64,000 nucleotides of DNA from Nitrospirota bacterium (GCA_963699545.1 CAVOUE010000005.1:416001-480000); one strand, 5' to 3'. Numbered from the stretch's first letter, positions 19,786 through 31,688 are shown. Made by a program: numbers and translations. The notes: generated by a model not told the origin, from the letters alone.

Positions 19786-19898
19786 GCGATAACAGGTAAA
19801 GAACGGAGGGTGCCTTGTCCTTGAATTCGCGGGGAATGCGAGCTTCGGCATTTCTTGGCAAAGCTCCCTTGTGCGGTGAAATATATTACAATAGGCAG

Positions 19899-20366
19899 AT
19901 GAAGGGGAAACAGAAAAGAAGCGAGCTCATCCGGAAAGCGCAGGCGCTGATGAAGGACAGAGACCTTTCAGAGGCGCTGGCTGCGGCCATCGAGGAGAGG
20001 CGCGGAAGCCTCGGGTTTCTGCTGAGCGAACTCAAGGAGCGACGGCCCCGGACGTTTACGCCCTATCTTCTGAAGGGGTCCTCCATCTATGCGGAGCCCG
20101 CCGCCCTGGACCATAAGACCGTGGAACTCGTCGCAGTGGCTGCATCGTCGGCCCTGCACTGCGAACACTGCCTTGAGGCCCATATGGAGCGTGCCCTCCA
20201 GGAAGGGGCATCCCTCGATGAGATACTGGACACCCTCCTCATCGCCGCCGCGATCTCCGAATCGTCCACCCTGTCGGTCTCGCTCAGGAAGTTCAAACAG
20301 AAAGCGGGGAAAATCGAGAAAAAGAGGAAAAAGACTGAGCATCAGCAGGGGCGAAGGGAAGGTTAA
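19899..20366 (+). CDS. Carboxymuconolactone decarboxylase/AhpD family protein
   Basis: LDHKTVELVAVAAS..HCEHCLEAH..GAS.DEI. Confidence 0.85.
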   Translation: MKGKQKRSELIRKAQALMKDRDLSEALAAAIEERRGSLGFLLSELKERRPRTFTPYLLKGSSIYAEPAALDHKTVELVAVAASSALHCEHCLEAHMERALQEGASLDEILDTLLIAAAISESSTLSVSLRKFKQKAGKIEKKRKKTEHQQGRREG

Positions 20367-20426
20367 TAAGGCTGCTGAAATGCCCTGTCAGCGTTTTGTC
20401 TTCGGCGCAGAAGGACTGTAAAGAGC

Positions 20427-21062
20427 TTACGTGCCGGAGGGCATCTCTCCGATTACCGTCTCTCCTGCCTTGACCCTGTCCCCTAATTTGACCCTTATCT
20501 GCGTATTCTGAGGCAGGTAGATGTCCAGTCTTGAACTGAACTTGATGATGCCGTAACGCCCACCTTTTCTGAGGGAATCGCCCGGTTTCACCCGGCAGAC
20601 AGCCCTCCGCGCCAGGAATCCCGCCACCTGGCGCACCAGCACCTTGCCGTATTTCGTATTCAGAAGCATGGCAATATTTTCATTATGAAGGGATGCCTCA
20701 TGCTTGAAGGCGGAGAGGAATTTCCCCGGCGTATGCACCACCGACTCTACTCTGCCGTCACACGGCGCCCTGTTCACATGGACATTGAGGGGAGACATGA
20801 AGATGCTCACCTCCAGCACTTCACCTTTGACGAATCTCTCTTCAGAGACCTTCTGAATCCGGATCACTTTTCCGTCCGCGGGGGCAACGAAGATATTCTC
20901 CCCTTCGGGAATCGCCCTGTCGGGATCTCTGAAAAAATAGGCCATAAAGAGCATCAGGACAAAAGGCGGCAAGGCCCCCCACGGGGAAAAGAGGGCCACA
21001 AGGACAGTCAACCCGAGAAAACCAGCAATAAAAGGATACCCCTCAGGAGCGAACTTGATCAT
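20427..21062 (-). CDS. psd: Phosphatidylserine decarboxylase proenzyme
   Basis: FFRDPDR, APADGKV, IFMSPLNVHVNRAP, IKFSSRLD (self-cleavage site). Confidence 0.92.
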   Translation of the reverse strand: MIKFAPEGYPFIAGFLGLTVLVALFSPWGALPPFVLMLFMAYFFRDPDRAIPEGENIFVAPADGKVIRIQKVSEERFVKGEVLEVSIFMSPLNVHVNRAPCDGRVESVVHTPGKFLSAFKHEASLHNENIAMLLNTKYGKVLVRQVAGFLARRAVCRVKPGDSLRKGGRYGIIKFSSRLDIYLPQNTQIRVKLGDRVKAGETVIGEMPSGT

Positions 21063-21258
21063 ACTTGTTCCGGAATACACACGGGACGGGCAGGAGAAGA
21101 CTTCTTATACGACACCTTATAGAAGAAACCTTCTGGGAGATCAATCAAGGACATTTATATTTAATGGACAAAAGCTGGCCATTTAAATATCCTGTCGATT
21201 ATAAGAATTCTGATACTGTTCGTCCCGCGTCACGTAGGTCCTTTATTATCAACGCTTG

Positions 21259-22296
<1,038 letters not shown>

Positions 22297-22314
22297 TCAG
22301 CTCAATAAATTTAC

Positions 22315-23892
22315 TTATTCTTCCTTCAGCAGCTTATACTCAATACTGTCCACCAGCGCCTGCCATGATGCCTCGATGATATTCTCCGAGACCCCCACGG
22401 TGCCCCATTTCTTTTCCTCGTCACCTGATTCCACAAGCACCCTCACCTTCGCGGAGGTCCCCTTGCCTGCAGTGAGGACCCTCACTTTGTAGTCATAGAG
22501 CTTCATCTCTTTCAGTTGCGGGTAGAACTTCTCAAGGGCCTTCCTGAGGGCATTATCAATGGCATTGACCGGACCGTCGCCCGTGGCAGCGGTATGCTCC
22601 ACGTGCCCGCCGACCCTCACCATGATAGTGGCCTCGCTCAGGGAATCTTCCTTTTCCTTCCTCTTCTCGACGATCACCCGGAAGCCGATGAGGTCAAAGA
22701 ACCTCTTGTGAAGCCCCAGGGTCTTCTTCATAAGCAGTTCAAAAGAGGCCTCTGCGCCCTCGAACTGGAACCCCTGGTTCTCCAGGTCCTTGAGTTGTGT
22801 CACGATGTCCTGGACCTGGGGTGAATCCGGGTCCAGATCGATCCCGAAGTCCGACGCCTTCCTCAGGATGTTGCTCTTGCCGGCAAGGTCAGAGATCAGC
22901 ACCCGCTGGGAATTCCCCACCAGCTCGGGTCTTATATGTTCGTACGTCTCCGGCCTCTTCACGATGGCGCTTACGTGAATTCCGCCCTTATGGGCAAAGG
23001 CGCTGTCACCCACAAAGGGCTGCCGCTTGAAATGCCTCAGGTTCGCGATCTCGTTCACATAGCGGGAGACATCCCTCAGCCTCGCGATCTGATCATCGGT
23101 GATCGCGCTCAGCCCCAGCTTGATCTGGAGGTTCGGGATCACGGAGCAGAGGTTCGCATTTCCACACCGCTCCCCGAGGCCGTTGATCGTGCCCTGGACC
23201 TGGGAGGCTCCCAGCTCCACCGCAATGAGAGAATTGGCGACCGCGCATTCCGAATCGTTGTGCGCGTGTATCCCGATGTCCACCGTCACCACCCGGCCTA
23301 TCTTCCCCATGACAGACCTCACGCTCCCCGGAAGGGTGCCGCCGTTGGTGTCGCAGAGGACGATGCAATCGGCGCCGGCTTCCTGCGCGGCAAGCAGGCA
23401 CTTTGTGGCGAATTTCGGGTTATCCCTATATCCGTCAAAGAAATGCTCGGCGTCAAAAAAGACCCTGTCCACATGCTTTTTCAGATAGGCAATGGAATCA
23501 TGGATAATGTCCAGGTTCTCCTTCAGGGATATCCGCAGGGCCTCGCGAACATGGAAATCCCACGTCTTTCCCACGATGGTCACTGTTCCGCACTGTGAAT
23601 GAAGGAGGGCCTTGATGTTCACGTCATCCTGGACCTTGTGCTTCGGCCTATGGGTGCTCCCAAAGGCCGCGACCCTGGTATGCCGCAAGGGGAGTTTGCT
23701 TACCCTCCTGAAGTACTCCACATCCCGCGGATTCGAACCAGGCCACCCACCCTCGATGTAATGGATACCCAGTTCGTCAAGCTTCTCGGTGATACGGAGC
23801 TTGTCCTCCACGGAAAATGATATTTCTTCGCTCTGCGCACCGTCCCTCAGGGTCGTGTCGTAGATCTCTATCGTCTTCTGCTTTTTCTTCAT
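22315..23892 (-). CDS. cimA: Citramalate synthase
   Basis: [48 protein letters not shown]. Confidence 0.92.
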   Translation of the reverse strand: MKKKQKTIEIYDTTLRDGAQSEEISFSVEDKLRITEKLDELGIHYIEGGWPGSNPRDVEYFRRVSKLPLRHTRVAAFGSTHRPKHKVQDDVNIKALLHSQCGTVTIVGKTWDFHVREALRISLKENLDIIHDSIAYLKKHVDRVFFDAEHFFDGYRDNPKFATKCLLAAQEAGADCIVLCDTNGGTLPGSVRSVMGKIGRVVTVDIGIHAHNDSECAVANSLIAVELGASQVQGTINGLGERCGNANLCSVIPNLQIKLGLSAITDDQIARLRDVSRYVNEIANLRHFKRQPFVGDSAFAHKGGIHVSAIVKRPETYEHIRPELVGNSQRVLISDLAGKSNILRKASDFGIDLDPDSPQVQDIVTQLKDLENQGFQFEGAEASFELLMKKTLGLHKRFFDLIGFRVIVEKRKEKEDSLSEATIMVRVGGHVEHTAATGDGPVNAIDNALRKALEKFYPQLKEMKLYDYKVRVLTAGKGTSAKVRVLVESGDEEKKWGTVGVSENIIEASWQALVDSIEYKLLKEE

Positions 23893-24074
23893 GCTCCCCT
23901 TCTTAACCTTTTGGCTCGTACGTGAATGCGATTGTCTTTGAGAAACAATTTACCCCGGGTTTGGTTAACCAGCCATGAACGTAGGCAGACAAATAACAAC
24001 CGACCCGCATCTCAAGGTGCGAAAAACGGCTATTGTAAATCTTGTTTGAAAAGGTGATCGCCCCCATACTTCCT

Positions 24075-25295
24075 CTATTTTTTCTCCAGTTCAAAGGAAT
24101 CGTGCAGCACCCTTACCGCGAGTTCCGTGTATTTCGCGTCGACGACGCACGAGACCTTCACCTCTGACGTGCTGATCATCACAATATTTATCCGGTGAGA
24201 AGCAAGCGTCTCGAACATCTTCGCCGCAACTCCGGGATGGGTCCTCATCCCCACGCCCACAATGGATATCTTTGCGATATCCTCCCTCAGGGTCACTCCT
24301 TTTGCTTTAAGTTCCTTCGCGATCTCCTGGGTGAGTTTCAGGGTCTTCCGGCTGTCGGTCTTCGGCACGGTGAAGGAGATATCCGTTGCCTTTCCATCCC
24401 CGCTCACATTCTGCACGATCATGTCGACAACAATGCCTGCATCAGCGATATCTTTAAAAAGTTTGGCAGCGATACCCGGCCTGTCCGGAACCGCGGTCAC
24501 CGTGAGCTTGGCCTGGTTCTTGTCATACGCTACCCCTGATACCACAACCTCTTCCATATCCTTATCCTCCCTGGTGACCAGCGTGCCGGCATGATCGTTA
24601 AAGCTCGATCTCACCACCACAGGCACGTCATATTTCATGGCGAACTCCACAGACCTCGCCTGGAGCACCTTGGCCCCAAGACTTGCCAGTTCAAGCATCT
24701 CCTCATAGGAGATCTTCTCCAGTTTCCTCGCTTCAGGCACGATATTGGGATCGGTGGTATAGACCCCGTCAACATCGGTATATATCTCACACAGGTCAGC
24801 GCCCAGCGCAGATGCTATGGCCACCGCCGAAAGGTCGGACCCCCCCCGGCCAAGCGTGGTAACGTCATCCCTGCCCTCGGTGATGCCCTGAAACCCGGCA
24901 ACCACCACGACATATCCCTCGTCAAGGACCTTTTTCGCCCTTTCCCCGGAGATCCTCTCGATCTTCGCCCTTGTGTGGACCGTATTGGTGATGATCCCCA
25001 TCTGCCGTCCCGTAAAGGCCATTGCCTTCTGGCCCATCCCCTCTATGGCAATGGCGGTGAGGGCGCTGGTGACCCGCTCACCGGAAGACAGAAGCAGGTC
25101 CATTTCCCTTTCGCTGGGGTTGGCGGAGATCTGGTGGGCGAGGTTGATCAGCTTGTCGGTCTCACCCGCCATCGCAGAGACGACCACCACCACTTTATGG
25201 CCCGCCCTGGTGGTCTTCACCACGCGCTCCGCGACCGCCTTTATCCTGTCGACGTTGGCAACAGACGTGCCGCCGTACTTCTGAACAATGAGCAT
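24075..25295 (-). CDS. lysC: Aspartate kinase
   Basis: [18 protein letters not shown], two ACT domains. Confidence 0.95.
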   Translation of the reverse strand: MLIVQKYGGTSVANVDRIKAVAERVVKTTRAGHKVVVVVSAMAGETDKLINLAHQISANPSEREMDLLLSSGERVTSALTAIAIEGMGQKAMAFTGRQMGIITNTVHTRAKIERISGERAKKVLDEGYVVVVAGFQGITEGRDDVTTLGRGGSDLSAVAIASALGADLCEIYTDVDGVYTTDPNIVPEARKLEKISYEEMLELASLGAKVLQARSVEFAMKYDVPVVVRSSFNDHAGTLVTREDKDMEEVVVSGVAYDKNQAKLTVTAVPDRPGIAAKLFKDIADAGIVVDMIVQNVSGDGKATDISFTVPKTDSRKTLKLTQEIAKELKAKGVTLREDIAKISIVGVGMRTHPGVAAKMFETLASHRINIVMISTSEVKVSCVVDAKYTELAVRVLHDSFELEKK

Positions 25296-25468
25296 GAACT
25301 CAAAACCTCCTCAAGACCCGCGTAACAGAGATACGGGTAAATGAGCAAAGTGTAATATAACATGTAAACACAACTGACATCAAATAATTGCCGCTCTGTC
25401 CGCTGCGCTGCGGCCCTTTGCAGAGCGGCTGCAGATACTGTGCGGACTCCGGGCGGCGGTCCCCTCTA

Positions 25469-25497
25469 TTGACTTAAATCGGAAAAGGAATTAAAGT
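25469..25497 (+). promoter_or_regulatory. sigma70-type promoter of aroF leader
   Basis: TTGACT-17nt-TAAAGT, 6 nt before GTG 25504. Confidence 0.65.
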
Positions 25498-25503
25498 ACA
25501 CGC

Positions 25504-25599
25504 GTGAGATATTCGGGCACATATTCCGGCGCGTATGCAGCGGTCCGATTTAGATGCTTCAGGAGCTCTGACTCCACGGGGGTGCCGTCCGGGTTTTGA
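25504..25599 (+). CDS. Putative Tyr/Phe-rich leader peptide of aroF (MRYSGTYSGAYAAVRFRCFRSSDSTGVPSGF)
   Basis: 31-codon uORF with 3 Tyr and 3 Phe codons between the promoter and a terminator upstream of DAHP synthase. Confidence 0.6.
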   Translation: MRYSGTYSGAYAAVRFRCFRSSDSTGVPSGF

Positions 25600-25621
25600 T
25601 GCGGTATCGGCCATAGCGCGG

Positions 25622-25655
25622 ACCACAGGCGGCAGAACCTGTGGTTTTTTATTTT
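25622..25655 (+). terminator. Attenuator terminator upstream of aroF
   Basis: ACCACAGG-CGGCAGAA-CCTGTGGT followed by TTTTTATTTT, just before the aroF RBS. Confidence 0.75.
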
Positions 25656-25668
25656 GGAGGGAGGACCA

Positions 25669-26685
25669 ATGATCATTGTACTGAAGAAGGGATGTAAGAA
25701 AAGGACCGTTGATTCCATCATAAGGAAGGTGGAAGAACTGGGGTTCAGGGCCCACGCCATCTTCGGCGTGGAACGGACCGTCATCGGCGCAGTGGGCGAT
25801 GACCGGGATAAGCATATGCTCTACGCGCTGGAGGCCATCCCGTGCGTGGAGAAGCTGGTGCCCATCCTCCAGCCTTATAAGCTCGCGAGCAAGGAGATCA
25901 GGAAGGAACCGACCGTTGTGAAAGTGGACGGCGCGGCCTTTGGCGGCGGACACTTCGGGGTGATCGCGGGGCCGTGCTCGGTGGAGAACGAAAAACAGAT
26001 TGTGGAGACGGCCATCAGGGTAAAGAAGGCCGGCGCACGCATGCTGCGGGGCGGTGCCTTTAAGCCAAGGACCTCGCCCTATGCATTTCAGGGTCTGGAG
26101 GAAGAAGGGCTCAAACTCCTCGTCAGGGCACGGGAGGAGTCAGGGCTCCCCTTTGTGACCGAGGTGATAAATCCGGAGGACGTGGAACTGGTGGGAGAAT
26201 ATGCCGACGTCCTTCAGATCGGCGCGCGGAATGTCCAGAACTTCTCCCTCCTCCGGAGGGTCGGCAAATTCGGCAAGCCCATCGTGCTGAAGAGGGGCAT
26301 GTCCACAACCATACAGGAATTCCTGATGTCCGCCGAATATGTGTTGTCCGAGGGCTGCAAGGATGTGGTCCTTTGCGAAAGGGGCATCCGCACCTTTGAG
26401 AACGCCACGAGGAACACCTTGGATATATCCGCGGTGCCGGTGATCCACGAGCGGTCTCATCTTCCGATCATCATAGACCCGTCCCATGCAACGGGTGCAA
26501 GGAATTATGTGCCGCCGCTCTGCTTTGCCGCCATGGCATGCGGTGCGGACGGGATCATGGTGGAGGTCCATCCCGATCCTCAGAAAGCGCTCTGTGATGG
26601 TCCGCAGTCTCTCACCATCGAGGACTTTGCCGTGCTCATGAAACAGCTGCGGAAGCTGTCGAAATTTAACGGGAAGAAACTGTAG
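25669..26685 (+). CDS. aroF: 3-deoxy-7-phosphoheptulonate (DAHP) synthase, type I-beta with N-terminal regulatory domain
   Basis: IAGPCSVE, RGGAFKPRTSPY, QIGARN, CERGIRTF, DPSH. Confidence 0.95.
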   Translation: MIIVLKKGCKKRTVDSIIRKVEELGFRAHAIFGVERTVIGAVGDDRDKHMLYALEAIPCVEKLVPILQPYKLASKEIRKEPTVVKVDGAAFGGGHFGVIAGPCSVENEKQIVETAIRVKKAGARMLRGGAFKPRTSPYAFQGLEEEGLKLLVRAREESGLPFVTEVINPEDVELVGEYADVLQIGARNVQNFSLLRRVGKFGKPIVLKRGMSTTIQEFLMSAEYVLSEGCKDVVLCERGIRTFENATRNTLDISAVPVIHERSHLPIIIDPSHATGARNYVPPLCFAAMACGADGIMVEVHPDPQKALCDGPQSLTIEDFAVLMKQLRKLSKFNGKKL

Positions 26686-26722
26686 GGGAAGAACGTCGAA
26701 CCGTGAAGTGCCGGCAGGGAAC

Positions 26723-27934
26723 CTACTTCCCCGTGATGAAATAATCCATGAGGGTGTATCCTTCTTCAACCACCATGATATCTTTTCTCTCCGCAATACC
26801 TTCGTCAAAGGCAGCGTCCTTGTTGTCTCTCTTCTTGCGGCTGTCGTAGATCACAAAAGGGATCGGCTCGCTGGTATGCGTCCTTGCTTCGATGGGCGTG
26901 GCATGATCCGGCATGAGCAGGATCCGGTATTCGTCAAATACCTTTGCTCCCCGCACAACAGTCCCCACCACGAGGGCATCGAAATCTTCGATGGCCTTTA
27001 CCTTGTCCCGGCAGTTGCCCGAATGTCCGGCTTCGTCCGGAGCTTCAACATGAATATAGACAAAGTCGCACTTTTCGAGGGCCTTCAGAGAGTACTCTGC
27101 CTTTCCCGTATAGTTGGTGTCGATATAGCCTGTGACTCCGGGAACCTTCAGGATCTCAAATCCGGCGCAAACACCCAGTCCTTTTGTCAGGTCCACCGCC
27201 GACACCAGCGCACCTGAGAGGGAATATTTTCCCCTGAAGGTCGGCATCTGGGGCTTCCTTCCCTGTCCCCAGAGCCATATGCTGTTGGCCGGGTTCTTCC
27301 CCTTTGCGATCCGTTGCCTGTTCACCGGGTGACAGTTAAGTATCCCCACCGACGCTCTCATAAGATTCCGCAAGACCTCTTCCCCTTCTCCTGAGGGCAG
27401 GTAGTCGGCGATCTCCCTTCCCGTGATATCATGGGGAGGCACGCATTCACCATCCAGCGTGCCGTTCCGCCATACCATGAGATGGCGGTAGCTCACCCCG
27501 GGGTAAAACCTGATATCATCTGTTCCGAGTTCACTGTTGATATCCTTTATGAGAGCATGCGCTTCCTCCGTAGAAATATGGCCTCCGCTGTAATCGTCCA
27601 TGATCGCCCGTGTCTTTTCCCTGTCGAACTTCAGGGTGACCAGGTTGCAACGGTACGCGACATCGCCTTCATTCAGTTCAATTCCCATGCTTGCGGCTTC
27701 AAGGGGAGCGCGGCCGCTGTAGAATTTCCTCGGGTCATACCCGAGGATACTGAGGTTCGCCACATCAGAGCCGGGATGAAACCCCTGGGGGATGGTCCTG
27801 ACCGTACCTATGACACCTTCCCTGGCAAGCCTGTCCATGTTCGGGGTAAACGCCTTCTGAAGCGGTGTCTTCCCCTCCAGCTCTTTCAACGGCCTGTCAG
27901 CCATCCCGTCACCGATGATAACGATGTATTTCAC
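26723..27934 (-). CDS. Cofactor-independent phosphoglycerate mutase family protein (ApgM-like, proposed homoserine kinase)
   Basis: GDGMAD, PGSDVAN, GRAPLEA, HVEAPDEAGH, PDHATP; coupled to thrC. Confidence 0.85.
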   Translation of the reverse strand: MKYIVIIGDGMADRPLKELEGKTPLQKAFTPNMDRLAREGVIGTVRTIPQGFHPGSDVANLSILGYDPRKFYSGRAPLEAASMGIELNEGDVAYRCNLVTLKFDREKTRAIMDDYSGGHISTEEAHALIKDINSELGTDDIRFYPGVSYRHLMVWRNGTLDGECVPPHDITGREIADYLPSGEGEEVLRNLMRASVGILNCHPVNRQRIAKGKNPANSIWLWGQGRKPQMPTFRGKYSLSGALVSAVDLTKGLGVCAGFEILKVPGVTGYIDTNYTGKAEYSLKALEKCDFVYIHVEAPDEAGHSGNCRDKVKAIEDFDALVVGTVVRGAKVFDEYRILLMPDHATPIEARTHTSEPIPFVIYDSRKKRDNKDAAFDEGIAERKDIMVVEEGYTLMDYFITGK

Positions 27935-28992
27935 AGTATTGATTCCACAACCTTTGAAACCGCGTTCATTTCCGACTTCACCTTCAACGGTTGCCCGGCC
28001 ACCTTGAAGACCGTGTCAGGGTCTTTCAGCCCGTGTCCCGTCAGGGTACAGACCACGGTGGCGCCCTTCCTGAAATATCCTTCCCTGTATAATTTTATAA
28101 CACCCGCAACGGATGCTGCGGAGGCAGGCTCACAGAAGATCCCTTCGGATGCCGCGATAAGACCGTAGGCGTTCAGGATATCCTCGTCGGTCACCGCCTC
28201 TATTCTCCCGCCGGACTCATCTCTTGCAGCTTCTGCGCCCTTCCAGCTCGCAGGGTTGCCTATCCTGATGGCGGTCGCAATGGTCTCGGGTTTTTCCACA
28301 GGACGTCCCAGCACGATGGGTGCCGCCCCTGAAGCCTGAAACCCAAGCATCACCGGCACGTTCTTCACCCTGTTCCTTCCCTTAAATTCCTTGTATCCCT
28401 TCCAGTAGGCAGTGATATTTCCGGCATTCCCCACCGGAAGGGCATGAAACTCAGGAGCAGCGCCAAGAACATCGCAGATCTCAAAGGCAGCGGACTTCTG
28501 CCCTTCGAGGCGAAAAGGGTTGATGGAGTTCACAAGCGTAATGGGATATTTCTCCACCAGCGTTTTCACCAGTTTCAATGCTTCATCAAAGTTTCCCTCG
28601 ATCTGTAATACATGTGCACCGTGGATAAGGGCCTGGGCAAGTTTACCCAGAGCGATCTTTCCCTCAGGGATGATCACGATCGCTTTCATCCCTGCCCGCG
28701 CCGCATACGCCGCAGCCGACGCGGAGGTATTGCCGGTCGATGCGCAGATCACTGCCCTTGATCCCGACTCGACCGCTCGGGAAATGGCCATGGTCATCCC
28801 CCTGTCCTTGAAAGATCCCGTGGGATTGGCGCCGTCGAATTTCAGGAAGATGTCCAGGTCCAGCCCTGTCCTCTTTTGAAGGTTCACGGCTCTTACCAGG
28901 GGGGTATTCCCCTCTTTCAGCGTAACAACAGGTGTCTTGTCAGAAACAGGGAGAAATTCCCGGTACTCTTCTATGATTCCTCGCCAGGCCAT
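27931..28992 (-). CDS. thrC: Threonine synthase
   Basis: NPTGSFKDRGM, CASTGNTSAS, PVGNAGN, CEPASA. Confidence 0.93.
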   Translation of the reverse strand: MAWRGIIEEYREFLPVSDKTPVVTLKEGNTPLVRAVNLQKRTGLDLDIFLKFDGANPTGSFKDRGMTMAISRAVESGSRAVICASTGNTSASAAAYAARAGMKAIVIIPEGKIALGKLAQALIHGAHVLQIEGNFDEALKLVKTLVEKYPITLVNSINPFRLEGQKSAAFEICDVLGAAPEFHALPVGNAGNITAYWKGYKEFKGRNRVKNVPVMLGFQASGAAPIVLGRPVEKPETIATAIRIGNPASWKGAEAARDESGGRIEAVTDEDILNAYGLIAASEGIFCEPASAASVAGVIKLYREGYFRKGATVVCTLTGHGLKDPDTVFKVAGQPLKVKSEMNAVSKVVESIL

Positions 28993-28993
28993 A

Positions 28994-29230
28994 TCACTCC
29001 ACGATATCCCCTTCCACAAGCTCTACGTCAATTCCCTGATCCCGCAACGACTGTATGCCTTTTCCGAGATTCTCTTCAGTGCCTTCCAGCTCCAGCACCA
29101 TCTCACCCACTGTCTCGGTGACCCGCGCCCTCCGTATGTTCGGCATCACGTCGAATCTCTTCGCCATGCTGAAGATCACCGGTTCCTTGATAAGCTGTTG
29201 AGGGAAGGTCAGCTTAATACGCCTTTTCAT
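28994..29230 (-). CDS. Stand-alone NIL domain protein
   Basis: LTFP..EPVI..NIRRA.V..GEMVLEL pattern. Confidence 0.85.
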   Translation of the reverse strand: MKRRIKLTFPQQLIKEPVIFSMAKRFDVMPNIRRARVTETVGEMVLELEGTEENLGKGIQSLRDQGIDVELVEGDIVE

Positions 29231-29320
29231 ATATCCTCCTCTTCGATTCGTTTCGGGTTCGGGGCAATGAGGTCGGCGAATATCTCAGAACCTCCCAACC
29301 CCGGACAAAGCCCTCTTACC

Positions 29321-29599
29321 CTAATGACAGCCCCCTGCAATAGCAGGAACTATGGATACCTCGTCGCCGTCCTTGACCACGGTGTCCTCCGCCTTAAGAA
29401 ACCGTATATCTTCTTCATTGACATAGATGTTCACAAATCTCCGTATCTTGCCGCCTTCAGATATCCTCTCCCCTATTCCGGGGAATCTTTTTTCCAGGTC
29501 TGCAACAAGACTGATGATGCTTCCTGCAATCCCTTCCACCTCTTCCTTCCCCTGCGTCAACCTCTGCAGCGGGGTCGGAATCCTCACTTTCACCGCCAT
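29321..29599 (-). CDS. MoaD/ThiS/CysO-family ubiquitin-like sulfur carrier with C-terminal GG-CH
   Basis: VRIPTPLQ, FVNIYVNEEDIRF, IVPAIAGGCH*. Confidence 0.92.
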   Translation of the reverse strand: MAVKVRIPTPLQRLTQGKEEVEGIAGSIISLVADLEKRFPGIGERISEGGKIRRFVNIYVNEEDIRFLKAEDTVVKDGDEVSIVPAIAGGCH

Positions 29600-29626
29600 T
29601 TCGATCACCTCCCTACTAATTACTCG

Positions 29627-30865
29627 TTATTTGTACCCGATCTTTTCCAGTATTCCTTCAAAGGATGCGAGATTCGGCTTGATATAATGGGGCGACGCAG
29701 TATGTCCGTTCAACGCCTCCTGCGTCTTCAGTCCATTGCCCGTGATGCACAACACCGTTGTCTCGTCCCTTTGTATCTTTCCCGCCTCGATCAGCCTCTT
29801 CGCGCATGCCAGGGTAACTCCGCCTGCGGTCTCCGCAAAGATACCTTCCGTCCTCGCAAGCATCTTTATTCCCTCGATGATCTCATCATCCGAAACGTCT
29901 TCCCCATACCCTCCCGTTTCCTTCACTACCTGGATCGCATAGAACCCGTCCGCAGGGTTGCCGATGGCAAGGGATTTAGCGATGGTATTAGGCTTCACCG
30001 GCCTTATCACATCAGTCTGCTGTTTTATGGCAGCGGATATAGGCGAGCAGCCCGTCGCCTGTGCGGCAAAGACCTTTGTTTCCAGCTCCTTCAGTATCCC
30101 GATCTTCTTGAACTCCTTGAATGACTTCCAGACCTTTGTAAGGAGGGAGCCGCTGGCACATGGCACTACCACGTTGTCAGGCGCCTTCCATCCCAACTGC
30201 TCGATGATCTCGAACCCCTGGGTCTTTGAACCCTCCGCATAGAACGGCCTTATATTGATATTCACGAATGCCCACTTGTATTTATTTGCGATCTCGCTGC
30301 AAAGCCTGTTCACCTCGTCATAGTTCCCGTCAACAGCGACAAGGTTAGGCTCATAAACGAGAGACGCCACGATCTTGCTCGGCTCCAGGCTGGCAGGGAT
30401 AAAGACAAACCTCTTGAACCCCGCCTTTGCGCCGTGGGCTGACACCGAATGGGCAAGGTTGCCGGTGGACGCACAGGCCACCGTATCAAAACCGAACTCC
30501 CTGGCCTTCGTGAGGGCAACGGCAACAACCCTGTCCTTAAAGGAGAGGGTGGGATGCGCCACGGTATCGTCCTTCACGTACAGGTCCTTCACCCCCAGTT
30601 CTTTTGCAAGGTTATCGGCCCTGATAAGGGGGGTGAACCCGGATTGCAGCCCCACCTGTGGCTCACCGTCTATGGGGAGGAGTTCCCTGTAACGCCAGAG
30701 ATTCTCTTCTCTTTTTTCTATATTTCTCCGCGTCAATACCTTCTTGATCTGTTTATAGTCATAGACCACTTCAAGGGGTCCGAAACAGAATTCACAGACA
30801 TATATGGGATCAACAGGATATTCCCTGCCGCACTCTCTGCACTTAAGCCCGCTCACATACCCCAT
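29627..30865 (-). CDS. Second threonine-synthase-like PLP enzyme with N-terminal Zn ribbon
   Basis: CRECG..CEFCFG, PTLSFKDR (PLP Lys), CASTGNLA, ETAGG. Confidence 0.88.
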   Translation of the reverse strand: MGYVSGLKCRECGREYPVDPIYVCEFCFGPLEVVYDYKQIKKVLTRRNIEKREENLWRYRELLPIDGEPQVGLQSGFTPLIRADNLAKELGVKDLYVKDDTVAHPTLSFKDRVVAVALTKAREFGFDTVACASTGNLAHSVSAHGAKAGFKRFVFIPASLEPSKIVASLVYEPNLVAVDGNYDEVNRLCSEIANKYKWAFVNINIRPFYAEGSKTQGFEIIEQLGWKAPDNVVVPCASGSLLTKVWKSFKEFKKIGILKELETKVFAAQATGCSPISAAIKQQTDVIRPVKPNTIAKSLAIGNPADGFYAIQVVKETGGYGEDVSDDEIIEGIKMLARTEGIFAETAGGVTLACAKRLIEAGKIQRDETTVLCITGNGLKTQEALNGHTASPHYIKPNLASFEGILEKIGYK

Positions 30866-31023
30866 ATGCACCTCCCGCTTTGCTCATTGTCAAGTGTTTT
30901 TTCGGAATCCTTTTTGAAAAGAAAATATATTTTACTCCAAATCGGAATAAAATAAAACAGGAACTACTGCAGGATTTCAAAATCAAGACAGTGACCCCAT
31001 GGCAAAACCACGGGAGGAAAGAG

Positions 31024-31432
31024 TTAGGACAGCTCCTTTGAGAGAATCTCAACCTCCCTGATCTCTCCCTCCCTGATCGAGAAGGCCTTCACCTCCGGAG
31101 CTTTTCCTGCCAAGCCCGCAATCACATACACCGCGTCCTCGTAAAAGGCGAGGCTCACGTCCTTTGGGGACGGATATGCTGAAGAAGACGGGTGGGAATG
31201 ATAGATTGCTACCATCGAGAGATCGCTCTCTCATATCTCTGATGACGTCAATGTGTTCTTTTGAGTCCAACAGGTAGCTTACTGGTGATTTCTCGATATT
31301 AGACAGCTTATATATTTTGGAGACTTCATTTCCTTTTCCCGCAAGGATGCCGCACGCCTCGTTGGGATAACCTTCCCTGCAATGGACAAGCATTCCGTCA
31401 AAGATAGATTGAGGGATTATTAACTGGCTCAT
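31024..31432 (-). CDS. M67/JAMM (Mec-like) metallopeptidase, one +1 frameshift near 31217-31225
   Basis: PNEACGIL in first frame; IYHSHP..PSPKD JAMM motif in second frame. Confidence 0.85.
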
Positions 31433-31449
31433 GTCTGTATAACTTTGCA

Positions 31450-31524
31450 ATAGGGCATGGCAAGGTTGGCTTGAAGCAAGATTGTCTGGGTCCTCCAAGG
31501 GGCAGGTAACGCCCTGCCCCTTAC
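31450..31524. repeat. Degenerate REP/REPIN-like palindrome
   Basis: AAGGGGCAGG-TAACGC-CCTGCCCCTTAC resembles the REPs inside the RAYT gene (37398-37498). Confidence 0.5.
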
Positions 31525-31646
31525 GTATAAAAAAGCAATTGCCTGCAAATCAATTTTTGCTTTTGCACTTGAATGAACGACTAAGTGAAGAACCATGCAG
31601 CAAACTGCAGGGTTCTTAATGCAATGAATCACCTCTTTATTATATT

Positions 31647-31688
31647 CGCTCGCTAACCCCGCAGCAAGCTACGGGGAATGCGCTCGCT
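31647..31688. repeat. Palindromic element flanked by CGCTCGCT direct repeats
   Basis: CGCTCGCT AA CCCCGCAGC-AA-GCTACGGGG AATG CGCTCGCT. Confidence 0.45.

Noticed and set aside
28937-30124. 395-aa plus-strand ORF
   Set aside because: Antisense to well-supported thrC, NIL, carrier and thrC2 genes; no recognisable motifs.
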